Positions 9,304 through 19,024 of a stretch of DNA of 64,000 nt are shown here, piece by piece. The translations under genes were made by a program, and so were the position numbers. Source of the DNA: Microbacterium hydrocarbonoxydans (GTDB lineage Bacteria > Actinomycetota > Actinomycetes > Actinomycetales > Microbacteriaceae); assembly GCA_040395495.1 (NCBI GenBank), contig JBEBQG010000015.1:391-64390 (forward strand), in the 5' to 3' direction. Every line of letters starts with the position of its first letter. Within the stretch, counting starts at the first letter, position 1. The notes beneath the pieces are model-generated. The model was given only the letters and a program-made list of their open reading frames with translations. It ran no database searches and was not told the origin of the DNA.

Positions 9304-11079
9304 TCAGGGGTCGACGAGGTCGAACATGTCGCCTTCGCTGCCCCAGGGGTCGAAGATGATGTCCGGGTCGTAGACGTCGACGCCTCGCTCCACCATCGGA
9401 CCCCAGAAACCGTCGGCGTCGATGGGCCGGATCGTGAACCAGTACCAGCCGTGGTCGTACATGCGCAGCCGCTTGACGACGTGACCGGTGCTGCCGAGCG
9501 GGACCACCACGGAGTGCCCGGTCATCGACTGCAGGGAGAGCATGCCGTTGGCCGGCCCGGTGAGAGAGACCACCAGCCCCGTGGTGCTGCCCTCCTCGAC
9601 CGTCATGTCGTGGAACCCGGTGAGGTCTTCGAACCCCTCGACGCCCACGGGGGCCACGGTGAACGAGCCTGCGGTCGGCATCGACTGCGTGACGGCGTCG
9701 TACGACCAGACCCGGTAGTCGTAGGTACGGCCGGCGTAGAAGTTCAACGCCCGGGTGTCGAAGCTCCACGTGCCGTCCTCCGCCACCTGCGGTGTGTAGC
9801 GACTGCCGTCGAGCTCGACCGCCACCGACGATCCGGGCGCCGTCTTGCCGGAGAGCTGCGGCGAGAGATAGCCGGAGTACGCGGTCGGTGTGGTGAGGCC
9901 CGGGCCGTCCGCGGTGGTCGGCTCACCGGAGGGATCGGGCACCTCGCTCACGGGCGTCGGCCGCGTCGGGGTCGGCGGTCCCTCCGCCCAGGGGTCGTTC
10001 ACCAGGTCCACCGACTCGATGGCCGGGTCGGCGTTGCGTCGTCCCAGACGCAAGGGCTCGGGCGCCGTGACCTGCGGATCGGGCCGGACGCTCGGCAGCG
10101 TCGACGGCGCCGGTGCGGGTGCGGCGGAGGGATGCGGCGCGGCGATCGCGACCTCCGCGCCGGGGGCAGCCTCGGCCGGAGGGACCACGGGGAAGAAAGT
10201 GGCGAGGAGGAGGCCGCCCACCGAGAGCGCACCCATCCCGCCCAGCACGAGTCCGGCGAGTCCGGCACCGGAGAGGAGGGTGGCCGCGGCCGCGGCCGTT
10301 CCCGGTGCCAGGGACGCACCGGCGGGGATGACCGCGCCGAGGGCTCCGAAGCCGACGGCCGACAGGGTCGCCCCCTGGAGCCGCCGCGCGTCGCTGCGCA
10401 TCGTGAGGAGCAGATCCGCGCATGCGGCGCAGTCGTCGATGTGCGAGGAGACCTCCGCCGACACGGCGGTGTCGCGCGGATCGGCAAGGTGGAGCGGGAA
10501 GAGACGGGCCGCGTGCGAGTCGTCGTCGCGGAGAGCGACCGGCACCTGCCTGGTGAGCCACTGCACTTTGAGTCCTGAGCGCGCCCTGCGCTGCAGCGCG
10601 GACACCGCGTTCGGCTTGATGCCGAGCTCACGGGCGATGACGGGTCGTGCGACGTCGGCGACCTCGGCGAGCCACAGCACCCGCTGCCAGCGTTCGGGCA
10701 GTTCCAGGAACGCCCCGAGCAGCTCACCGGCATCCGCCTCCCTGGCGACGAGGCTGAGCGCGTCCCGAGCGTCCACCGGGTCCACCTCGACCGTGTCGTC
10801 GAGGTGGTCGGCGTCTCTGCGCCACCGGATGGAGATGTTGCGGATCACGGCCTTCAGGTACGACCGAAACGCGAACTCGGGTCCGTTCTGCGACGTCGTC
10901 ACCTGTTGATAGACCGCGAGGAACGCCTCGGAGGCGAGGTCCTCGGCCCTCGACGGGAACAGCTTTCCCGCGTACCGGAGCGCCGCCCCGATGTGCCGTT
11001 CCCACAGCACGACGTAGGCATCGCGGTCGCCGTTCCTGAGCAGGCGCAGCAGGTCGGCATCGCTGCGGGGATCCTCCAC
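9304..11079 (-). CDS. ECF sigma factor fused to a zinc anti-sigma (ZAS) motif, transmembrane segment, Pro-rich linker and extracellular beta-rich domain
   Basis: Sigma region 2 (DAYVVLWERHIGAALRYA...AFLAVYQ) and region 4 (WQRVLWLAEVADVARPVIARELGIKPNAVSALQRRARSGL). These are followed by HIDDCAAC (H-x3-C-x2-C), a Gly/Ala-rich hydrophobic stretch, a Pro-rich linker and a C-terminal domain of about 220 aa. I prefer the GTG at 11079 with RBS GGGAGGG over the TTG at 11154. Confidence 0.7.
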   Translation of the reverse strand: MEDPRSDADLLRLLRNGDRDAYVVLWERHIGAALRYAGKLFPSRAEDLASEAFLAVYQQVTTSQNGPEFAFRSYLKAVIRNISIRWRRDADHLDDTVEVDPVDARDALSLVAREADAGELLGAFLELPERWQRVLWLAEVADVARPVIARELGIKPNAVSALQRRARSGLKVQWLTRQVPVALRDDDSHAARLFPLHLADPRDTAVSAEVSSHIDDCAACADLLLTMRSDARRLQGATLSAVGFGALGAVIPAGASLAPGTAAAAATLLSGAGLAGLVLGGMGALSVGGLLLATFFPVVPPAEAAPGAEVAIAAPHPSAAPAPAPSTLPSVRPDPQVTAPEPLRLGRRNADPAIESVDLVNDPWAEGPPTPTRPTPVSEVPDPSGEPTTADGPGLTTPTAYSGYLSPQLSGKTAPGSSVAVELDGSRYTPQVAEDGTWSFDTRALNFYAGRTYDYRVWSYDAVTQSMPTAGSFTVAPVGVEGFEDLTGFHDMTVEEGSTTGLVVSLTGPANGMLSLQSMTGHSVVVPLGSTGHVVKRLRMYDHGWYWFTIRPIDADGFWGPMVERGVDVYDPDIIFDPWGSEGDMFDLVDP

Positions 11080-11190
11080 GTTTCCCTCCCGTGAAACGCC
11101 GGCTCCCCTCCCCCTGGGGAGCACACAGCCGTGCGGTTTGTCCACCGTCGGCAACCGATTGACATCGGTGTTTCACATACTAGGAGTCAC

Positions 11191-11910
11191 TCAGGCCCCG
11201 CGCGCGCGGGTGCGCGAGGAATCGGGCTCCAGATCGGCGTCGTCGGCCACGTACCCCTCGGCCCAGGCGATCCGTGCGAGCTCCAACTTGGAGCGCGCGG
11301 GACGCCCGGCGGCCGTGAACTTGTCGCGCACCCGGGTGAGGTACTTGCGCGCGGTGTCGTGCCGCACTCCGATGCGATCGGCGACCTCCGAGATCGTGAG
11401 CCCCGTCGCATACAGAGCGAGTACGCGCTCCTCCTGAGCGCTCAGGCGGGGTGCGTCCTCGGACCCGCGGATCGACGACCGGGCGCGCGGGGTGACGACG
11501 GTCTCACCGGCCAGCACCGCGTCGACGGCGTCGAGGAACTCCTCCTCGCCGTCGCTCGTCGAGACGATCCCCTCGACCCCCGCGTCGATCAGCCGTCTCC
11601 CGCCGCTGCGCGAGCGCAGAGGGGAGAGCACGAGCACACGCATGCCCGCCTCACGGAGCGCGCCGACCACCTCGAGGTCGCGCGGCGAGTCGGCGTCGGA
11701 CAGCGGATCGATCACGAGCAGGTGCGGCCAGCGCACCCGGTCCGCCCGCTGCAGCCAGGCCATGAACTGACGCAGCGACGAGCAGGAGTGAACCACGTCG
11801 AGCCCCATCCGATCGGACAGCAGCTCCACGGCGCGCGCACGCTGGAGCACCATCTCCTCCACGACGGCGGCGCGTCGCACGCGCTTCCGGTCGATACGGT
11901 CGTTCCGCAT
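11191..11910 (-). CDS. LuxR-family regulator with atypical receiver-like N-terminal domain
   Basis: C-terminal LuxR HTH LSAQEERVLALYATGLTISEVADRIGVRHDTARKYLTRV. The N-terminal half has a receiver-like layout, but the usual DD acidic pocket reads EE. Confidence 0.7.
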   Translation of the reverse strand: MRNDRIDRKRVRRAAVVEEMVLQRARAVELLSDRMGLDVVHSCSSLRQFMAWLQRADRVRWPHLLVIDPLSDADSPRDLEVVGALREAGMRVLVLSPLRSRSGGRRLIDAGVEGIVSTSDGEEEFLDAVDAVLAGETVVTPRARSSIRGSEDAPRLSAQEERVLALYATGLTISEVADRIGVRHDTARKYLTRVRDKFTAAGRPARSKLELARIAWAEGYVADDADLEPDSSRTRARGA

Positions 11911-12100
11911 CGAGCACCTCCCCTGACCCTCGGAGGGGCCCCGTCGGCGACCTCCGTCACAGAGAAGGTGCGCGCCGCCGACGAAAAGTGACGCGGAGGA
12001 CTCTTCTGACCTCCGAAAGGGGTCGTGGTGCGGGCTGCCGCGACCGTCGAAGGGGCGGTTCGAACGGCCCGTCCCGTGCGTATCGCTCGTCCCGTGCGTA

Positions 12101-12757
12101 TCAGAAGAGCCGGTCCGCGCCGCCCTTGTCCGTGGCGCGGGGTATCGCGGTCACGCGCTCGTCGAGGGATGCCGCAGCGTGGAGCGCCTCGTCGAGGAGC
12201 TCGGCGGAGGGGTCGGAGGAGAGCCACTCGTCGCCGAACGACGCGGGGACGAGCAGCGGCATCCGATCGTGCACGCCCGCGAGGTGCGCCGGTGCCGGCC
12301 GCATGACGATCGAGTAGCAGGTGAACCACTGGCCGTCGGAGGTGCGGCCCCGCTGCGTGACGGCAGCCATCCCGAAGAGCGCCCCGTCGTCGAGGAGGAA
12401 CTCGTGCCAGGTCTTCGACGGCTTCTGCATCTCGTACCAGCTCGTCGCCGGGACGAGGGCGCGGCCGCGCAGCCCTCCGGGGCGTTCCCTGAGCCGCTCG
12501 GAGCGGGTGTTGATGGAGGGGAACTTCGCCGGCTCCCCTCCGACGAGGAAGCCCCACCAGCCGGTCTCGACGGCGGCCGCTCCGTCGCCGGGGACGATCA
12601 ACGGATTGAGGTTGCGGAGGTTCCGCCCGGTGGGACGCACGGTCTCCCCGGCGTTCTCCGCCGCCCAGGCGCGCAAACCCTCACGCACCGCGTCGTCGAT
12701 CTCCTCGATGAGCTCCGCGTCGGTGAACCGCGGGTCCAAGCCATAGCTCGCGCACAT
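12101..12757 (-). CDS. SOS response-associated peptidase (SRAP/YedK-HMCES family, abasic-site processing protein)
   Basis: Begins MCASYG with the invariant Cys2. Also has the family motifs FPSINTRSERL, SWYEM and FTCYSIVMRPA. Confidence 0.85.
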   Translation of the reverse strand: MCASYGLDPRFTDAELIEEIDDAVREGLRAWAAENAGETVRPTGRNLRNLNPLIVPGDGAAAVETGWWGFLVGGEPAKFPSINTRSERLRERPGGLRGRALVPATSWYEMQKPSKTWHEFLLDDGALFGMAAVTQRGRTSDGQWFTCYSIVMRPAPAHLAGVHDRMPLLVPASFGDEWLSSDPSAELLDEALHAAASLDERVTAIPRATDKGGADRLF

Positions 12758-12807
12758 GCGGCCAGCGTAGTCCCGGCCTCCGACAGCGGCTCGGGTAGGG
12801 TCGATAG

Positions 12808-13917
12808 GTGACCCAGAACCGCCGCCTCCCCGCGCCCGTCGCGCTCGGAGGAGCGGTCGCCATCGGGGTGATGACGGCCGTCCAGGCGCGAGTCAACGGC
12901 GTCCTCGGCGTCGAGGTCGACAACGGAATCGTCGCGGGGTTCGTCTCCTTCTCGGTCGGTCTCCTGGTGCTGGTGATCGTCGTCCCGTGCATCCCCTCGG
13001 CCAGACGGGGCGTCGGCCGGCTGTGGCGCGGAGTGCGGGGAGGGACGATCCCGTTCTGGATGCTCCTGGGCGGCGCCTGCGGAGCGCTGACCGTATCGAC
13101 CCAGGGGCTCACCGCCGGGGTGCTCGGCGTCTCGCTGTTCACGGTCGGCGTGGTCGCGGGGCAGACGCTGCACGGCCTCGTGCTCGACCGCATCGGCTTC
13201 GGGCCGGCCGGTGTCGTCGCGGTCACCCCCGGCCGGGTGCTCGGCGGCCTGTTCGCGCTCGTCGCGGTCGCCATCTCGCTCGGCGGCGATGTGCTCGGCA
13301 CGGCTCCGCTGTGGATGCTCCTGCTCCCGTTCGCCGCCGGCGTCGGGATCGCCTGGCAGGCCGCGACCAACGGGCGGCTCGCGCAACGCGTGCAGTCTCC
13401 GATGACCGCGACCCTGATGAGCTTCATCGCCGGCACGGTCGCGCTCCTGCTCGCCGCGGTGACGAGCATCCTGTTCCGTGGCGCGCCGCACGCGCTTCCC
13501 GCGGAACCGTGGCTCTACCTGGGGGGAGTCCTCGGCTTCGCCTACATCCTGCTGGGTGCGTTCATCGTCGCGCACACCGGGGTGCTGCTGATGGGGCTCG
13601 GATCGGTGCTCGGACAGCTGGCCGCCTCGGTCGTCATAGACCTCGTCTGGCCCGCCGCCTCCGGACCTGCCCTGTGGCAGATCGTCGGGATGGTGCTCGT
13701 GGCCGTGCTGTCGGTCGTGGTGGCGGTGCCCCGTCGTGGTCGGAGCCGGGCGGTCATCTCGCCTTCTTCGCCCGCTTCTTCTCTTTCTTCGCCCGCTTCT
13801 TCGCCTTCTTCGCCTGCTTCTTCTCCTTCTTCGACGTCTTCGTCTTCGCCGGCCTCGGCGTCTCCGTCAGATCCTCCTCCGACGGGGACGCCTCCGGCTC
13901 CGGCATCCGACCGATGA
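12808..13917 (+). CDS. DMT-superfamily transporter (duplicated YdcZ/DUF606-like)
   Basis: About ten hydrophobic segments up to roughly residue 310 and a GTG start. The last 55 codons or so (Ser/Pro rich, low third-position GC) are antisense to the tail of the next gene. There is no stop before 13915-13917. Confidence 0.7.
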   Translation: MTQNRRLPAPVALGGAVAIGVMTAVQARVNGVLGVEVDNGIVAGFVSFSVGLLVLVIVVPCIPSARRGVGRLWRGVRGGTIPFWMLLGGACGALTVSTQGLTAGVLGVSLFTVGVVAGQTLHGLVLDRIGFGPAGVVAVTPGRVLGGLFALVAVAISLGGDVLGTAPLWMLLLPFAAGVGIAWQAATNGRLAQRVQSPMTATLMSFIAGTVALLLAAVTSILFRGAPHALPAEPWLYLGGVLGFAYILLGAFIVAHTGVLLMGLGSVLGQLAASVVIDLVWPAASGPALWQIVGMVLVAVLSVVVAVPRRGRSRAVISPSSPASSLSSPASSPSSPASSPSSTSSSSPASASPSDPPPTGTPPAPASDR

Positions 13918-14431
13918 CCTCGTCGGCGTCGACCGGCTTGCGGCGGCCTGGGCCCTTGCCCGCGGGCTTGCCGCCCACGTACAGCCAGCCCAGCAGCTCC
14001 TCGTTCGCGCCGAGGCCGTGCGCCGCGGCCACGGCCGCCGACCTCGTGTAGTGCCCGGTGCGCCAGATGACGCCCCACCCGGCCTCGTCGAGCAGCAGGC
14101 TGAGGATGTGGGCGACGCCGGAGGCGACGGCCTCCTGCTCCCACCGCGGCACCTTCTCGCTCGTGCGGTAGCTGGCGACGACCGCCACGAGCAGGGGCGC
14201 ACGCAGCGGCTTCGTCGAGGGGGAGTCGTCGCCCTGGGCCTCGGCGATCGCCGCTCCGAGCGTCTCCCGGTCGGAACCGCGCAGCTCGATGAGCCGCCAG
14301 GGGCGCAGCGAGGAGTGATCGGCGACACGTCCCGCAGCCGACACCAGGCGTCGCAGCTCCTCCGGGGTCGGAGCGTCCTCGGTCACCTTGGACCAGGACC
14401 GGCGCGCGCTGACGGCGTCGAATGCGCTCAC
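13754..14431 (-). CDS. nitroreductase-family protein with Lys/Ala-rich C-terminal tail
   Basis: GTG start at 14431 overlaps the msrB stop (GTGA). Nitroreductase-like ARRSWSKV...LRPWRLIEL...EQEAVASGVAHILSLLLDEAGWGVIW. The tail KKEKKQAKKAKKRAKKEKKRAKKAR is encoded almost entirely with G/C-ending codons. Confidence 0.75.
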   Translation of the reverse strand: MSAFDAVSARRSWSKVTEDAPTPEELRRLVSAAGRVADHSSLRPWRLIELRGSDRETLGAAIAEAQGDDSPSTKPLRAPLLVAVVASYRTSEKVPRWEQEAVASGVAHILSLLLDEAGWGVIWRTGHYTRSAAVAAAHGLGANEELLGWLYVGGKPAGKGPGRRKPVDADEVIGRMPEPEASPSEEDLTETPRPAKTKTSKKEKKQAKKAKKRAKKEKKRAKKAR

Positions 14432-14832
14432 TCGGCGTCCGGGGTGAAGGTGAGGGCGAGGGAGTTCATGCAGTACCGGTCGCCGGTGGGCGTGCCGAAG
14501 CCGTCGGGGAAGACGTGGCCGAGGTGGGAGCCGCATGCCGCGCACCGCACCTCCGTGCGCACCATGCCGAGGCTGGTGTCCTCGATGAGCTCCACCGCCT
14601 CGGGGCGGATCGACTCGTAGAAGCTCGGCCACCCGCAGCCGGAGTCGAACTTCGTGCCGCTCTTGAACAGCTCGGCACCGCAGGCGCCGCACGTGTACAG
14701 GCCCGAACGCTTCTCGTCGAGAAGCTCGCCCGTCCATGCGCGCTCGGTCGCCGCTTGGCGCAGCACCGCATACTGGTCGGCGCCGAGCTCGTCGCGCCAC
14801 TCTTCTTCGCTCTTGTCCACGCTGTAGGCCAT
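14428..14832 (-). CDS. msrB: peptide-methionine (R)-S-oxide reductase
   Basis: Both CxxC pairs (CGACGAELF, CAACGSHLGHVF) and GCGWPSF are present. RBS GGAGGT lies upstream of the ATG at 14832. Confidence 0.95.
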   Translation of the reverse strand: MAYSVDKSEEEWRDELGADQYAVLRQAATERAWTGELLDEKRSGLYTCGACGAELFKSGTKFDSGCGWPSFYESIRPEAVELIEDTSLGMVRTEVRCAACGSHLGHVFPDGFGTPTGDRYCMNSLALTFTPDAE

Positions 14833-14886
14833 ACCTCCATTCTCGCGCGTCCGACGGAGAACGGGGCGGGAGGTCAGAATGGAGGG

Positions 14887-15879
14887 ATGACGGATGCCGT
14901 GCAGCAGCGCTACGCCCGGTTCGCCGCGCAGGAGGCCCCCGGCCGCAGCGCCCTCTACGGGGAGTGGGCGGACGGTGTGGCGGACGACCCCGAGGTGCAG
15001 GCCGTGCTCGCCCGCATCCCGGAGAACCGCCGGCAGCCCCCGCTGGTCTTCGCCGTGACCCGGATGCTCGGGTCCGGGCTCACGGGGTACGCCTCATGGC
15101 GCGCGTTCGTGCTCGCCCGCGCCGACGAGGTCGTCCGCGAGAGCAGCGCCAGAGGGCTCCAGACCAACGAGCCCCTCCGTCTCGCCCCGCTCCTGCCCGT
15201 GCTCTCCGAGATCGACGGTCCCATCGCCCTGCTCGAGATCGGCGCGTCGGCGGGTCTCTGCCTCTATCCCGACCGCTACTCCTACCGCTACGTCGATGAG
15301 GACGGCGGGCTCCTGCGCGCGCTCGACCCGGCCGACGGCACGTCCCCTGTGGTGCTCGAGAGCACGGTGCGAGGGGAGATGCCGCCGGTGCGGCTCCCCG
15401 AGGTCGTGTGGCGGGCCGGGATCGACCTCGCGCCGCTCGACGCCCGCGACGCCCGTGACCGGCGCTGGCTCCGCGGCCTGGTCTGGCCGGGGGAGGAGGG
15501 GCGGGAGCAGCGGGTGACGGCGGCGCTCGACATCGCCGCCGCCGATCCGCCGCTGCTGGTCGCGGGAGACGCCGCCGACCGCCTCGATGCGCTCGCCGCG
15601 TCCGCCCCCGCGCAGGCGACGCTGGTCGTCACCACCCCCGGGGTGCTCGTGCACATCCCCCGAGAGGCGAGACGCGAGCTCGTCGCGCGCATCGGGGTCC
15701 TGCCCGCCCGATGGGTCACCATCGACCCGCCCGCGCTGCTCGACGTGTGGTCGTCACAGGTGGACGCCGACGCCTGGCCCGGATTCGTGGTCGCCCTGGA
15801 CGGCCGGGTGCGGGCCGCCGCCGATCCGCTCGGGCGATCGTGGGAGTGGCGTGCGGGCGCGGGGGCACCGGCGACTTAG
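14887..15879 (+). CDS. DUF2332 domain-containing protein
   Basis: ATG at 14887 preceded by GGAGGG; the upstream part of the 485-aa ORF is antisense to msrB. YARFAAQEAPGRSALYGEWA...RRQPPLVFAVTRML matches my memory of DUF2332. Confidence 0.7.
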   Translation: MTDAVQQRYARFAAQEAPGRSALYGEWADGVADDPEVQAVLARIPENRRQPPLVFAVTRMLGSGLTGYASWRAFVLARADEVVRESSARGLQTNEPLRLAPLLPVLSEIDGPIALLEIGASAGLCLYPDRYSYRYVDEDGGLLRALDPADGTSPVVLESTVRGEMPPVRLPEVVWRAGIDLAPLDARDARDRRWLRGLVWPGEEGREQRVTAALDIAAADPPLLVAGDAADRLDALAASAPAQATLVVTTPGVLVHIPREARRELVARIGVLPARWVTIDPPALLDVWSSQVDADAWPGFVVALDGRVRAAADPLGRSWEWRAGAGAPAT

Positions 15880-15888
15880 CATGAGGTC

Positions 15889-16146
15889 ATGCTGGGTGAG
15901 CTGACCGAGCGCGACCGCGCCATCCTCGCGATGGAGACCGCCTGGCCGCGGCACAGCGGTGCGAAGGAAGAGGTGATCCGCGCACAGCTCGGCATGAGCG
16001 CGGCGCGCTATTACCAGCTGCTCGGCCGCCTCATCGACTCGGAGGCTGCGCTCGAGTACGACCCGCTGCTGATCGGGCGGCTGCGCAGGATCAGAGACGC
16101 GCGCGCCCTCCGGCGTCGCTCGCGCACACCGGGCTTCGTGGGCTGA
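15889..16146 (+). CDS. DUF3263 domain-containing protein
   Basis: 85 aa. LTERDRAILAMETAW...GAKEEVIRAQLGMSAARYYQLLGRLIDSEAALEYDPLLIGRLRRIR is the pattern of this conserved actinobacterial small protein. Confidence 0.7.
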   Translation: MLGELTERDRAILAMETAWPRHSGAKEEVIRAQLGMSAARYYQLLGRLIDSEAALEYDPLLIGRLRRIRDARALRRRSRTPGFVG

Positions 16147-16207
16147 GGAGACGCCGTGCGGCCGCGCGATGCGGGTTCGCACAGGCAGGTGCCACTAGCA
16201 TCGAGGG

Positions 16208-16786
16208 GTGTCCAAGCCCACCCGTGACCGATTCGACGATGTCCCCCGATCCACCGGACGTGTCGGCGCGCACCGCGCCGAGGCCCCGGGCATGAATGGC
16301 TGGGTCGTTCTGCTGTGGTCGTTCGTCGCCGCTCTGGTGCTCATCATCGTCGGCATCTTCGGCTCGTTGGTCGTGATGGGGCGCATCACGCTGTTCCCTG
16401 AGGCCGTGCCGACCGCGGCGCCGACCCCGGAGGAGACCGGCGTCGTCGACACGACCTACTCGGTGATGGTCCTCAACGCCACCCCCGACGAGGGCCTCGA
16501 CGAGCAGATCCGCGACCAGCTGCTCAACAGCGGGTGGTCGGCGGATACCGTGTACGCGAGCGACAGCGAGAGCAAGGACTTCGCCACCACCACCGTGTAC
16601 TACGTCGCCGCCGAGGACGAGCTCGCCGCGATCGGCCTGGCCCACCTCATCGGCGGCGCCGACGTGCAGCAGTCCGACTTCTACGCGGGGCAGAACACCA
16701 CCGACGGCAAGCAGCTCGTCGTGGTCATCGGCCTCGACCGCTCGTCCTCCGCCTCGACCGCCCCGTCGCAGAGCCCGGCGCCCTGA
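16208..16786 (+). CDS. LytR C-terminal (LytR_C) domain-containing membrane protein
   Basis: One TM segment followed by VMVLNATPDEGLDEQIRDQL...TTVYY...QLVVVIGLD, the pattern typical of LytR_C. Confidence 0.7.
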   Translation: MSKPTRDRFDDVPRSTGRVGAHRAEAPGMNGWVVLLWSFVAALVLIIVGIFGSLVVMGRITLFPEAVPTAAPTPEETGVVDTTYSVMVLNATPDEGLDEQIRDQLLNSGWSADTVYASDSESKDFATTTVYYVAAEDELAAIGLAHLIGGADVQQSDFYAGQNTTDGKQLVVVIGLDRSSSASTAPSQSPAP

Positions 16787-16803
16787 GCTCGCCCTCCCGG
16801 CGG

Positions 16804-16830
16804 CTTGCACTCGAAGGTGTCGAGTGCCAG
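16804..16830 (+). promoter_or_regulatory. imperfect CIRCE-like inverted repeat
   Basis: CTTGCACTC-N9-GAGTGCCAG lies directly upstream of the perfect CIRCE. Confidence 0.5.
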
Positions 16831-16837
16831 AATGGCG

Positions 16838-16864
16838 TTAGCACTCGCTCAGTCTGAGTGCTAA
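16838..16864 (+). promoter_or_regulatory. CIRCE operator (HrcA binding site)
   Basis: TTAGCACTC-GCTCAGTCT-GAGTGCTAA is a perfect match to the TTAGCACTC-N9-GAGTGCTAA consensus, 37 nt upstream of the groEL start. Confidence 0.9.
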
Positions 16865-18520
<1,656 letters not shown>

Positions 18521-18556
18521 TCCCCTCACCGGATCAGGATCTCCGCATCCGATAGA

Positions 18557-18592
18557 CAGAAGCGCCCCGACCTCTCGGTCGGGGCGCTTCTG
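18557..18592. terminator. bidirectional hairpin terminator between groEL and the convergent WXG100 gene
   Basis: CAGAAGCGCCCCGACC-TCTC-GGTCGGGGCGCTTCTG forms a perfect 16-bp stem. Confidence 0.75.
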
Positions 18593-18607
18593 CATCTGCG
18601 GACCTCG

Positions 18608-18895
18608 TCAGCGGAACAGGCTCGCCGAGTACTGATCGGCATCGGAGTATTGCGTCGCGGCCGACCCGAGCGCGGTGCCGATGGAGTCGAGCACCTGTTC
18701 CATGTGCAGCTGCGCGCCTCGCCACTCCTCGGCGCAGAGCTGGAACGCCTGCGATGCGGCACCGGTCCACGACGACTGCAGCTGGGCGAGCTGACCGGCG
18801 AGGGTCGCCGAGTCGGCGCGTACGCGCTCCACGGTTGCGCGGGTGGACCCTTGTGCGGCCTGGACAGCATCGGTGTCGACGGTGAAGACGGACAT
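18608..18895 (-). CDS. WXG100 (ESAT-6-like) family protein
   Basis: 95 aa helical hairpin with the central motif SSWTGAAS (W-x-G). RBS GAGGAG upstream. Confidence 0.75.
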   Translation of the reverse strand: MSVFTVDTDAVQAAQGSTRATVERVRADSATLAGQLAQLQSSWTGAASQAFQLCAEEWRGAQLHMEQVLDSIGTALGSAATQYSDADQYSASLFR

Positions 18896-19024
18896 GGGAG
18901 ATCTCCTCTCGTTGGGATTCCGACGCTAGGAGCGAGCGGACGGCGGCATCCGGCGTCCTGTCCGTTGCACCCGGACGACGTGGACAACCCGGCGAAGACG
19001 GAATCCGTGCAGGGGGAGTGGGGC

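Noticed and set aside
11089-11180. An inverted 7-mer, GTGAAAC ... GTTTCAC, about 70 nt apart, and the hairpin GCTCCCC-TCCCCCT-GGGGAGC (11102-11122), upstream of the ECF fusion gene.
   Set aside because: The arms are short and widely spaced. The hairpin is plausibly just the terminator of the upstream LuxR-type gene. I could not identify a convincing ECF-type -35/-10 pair.
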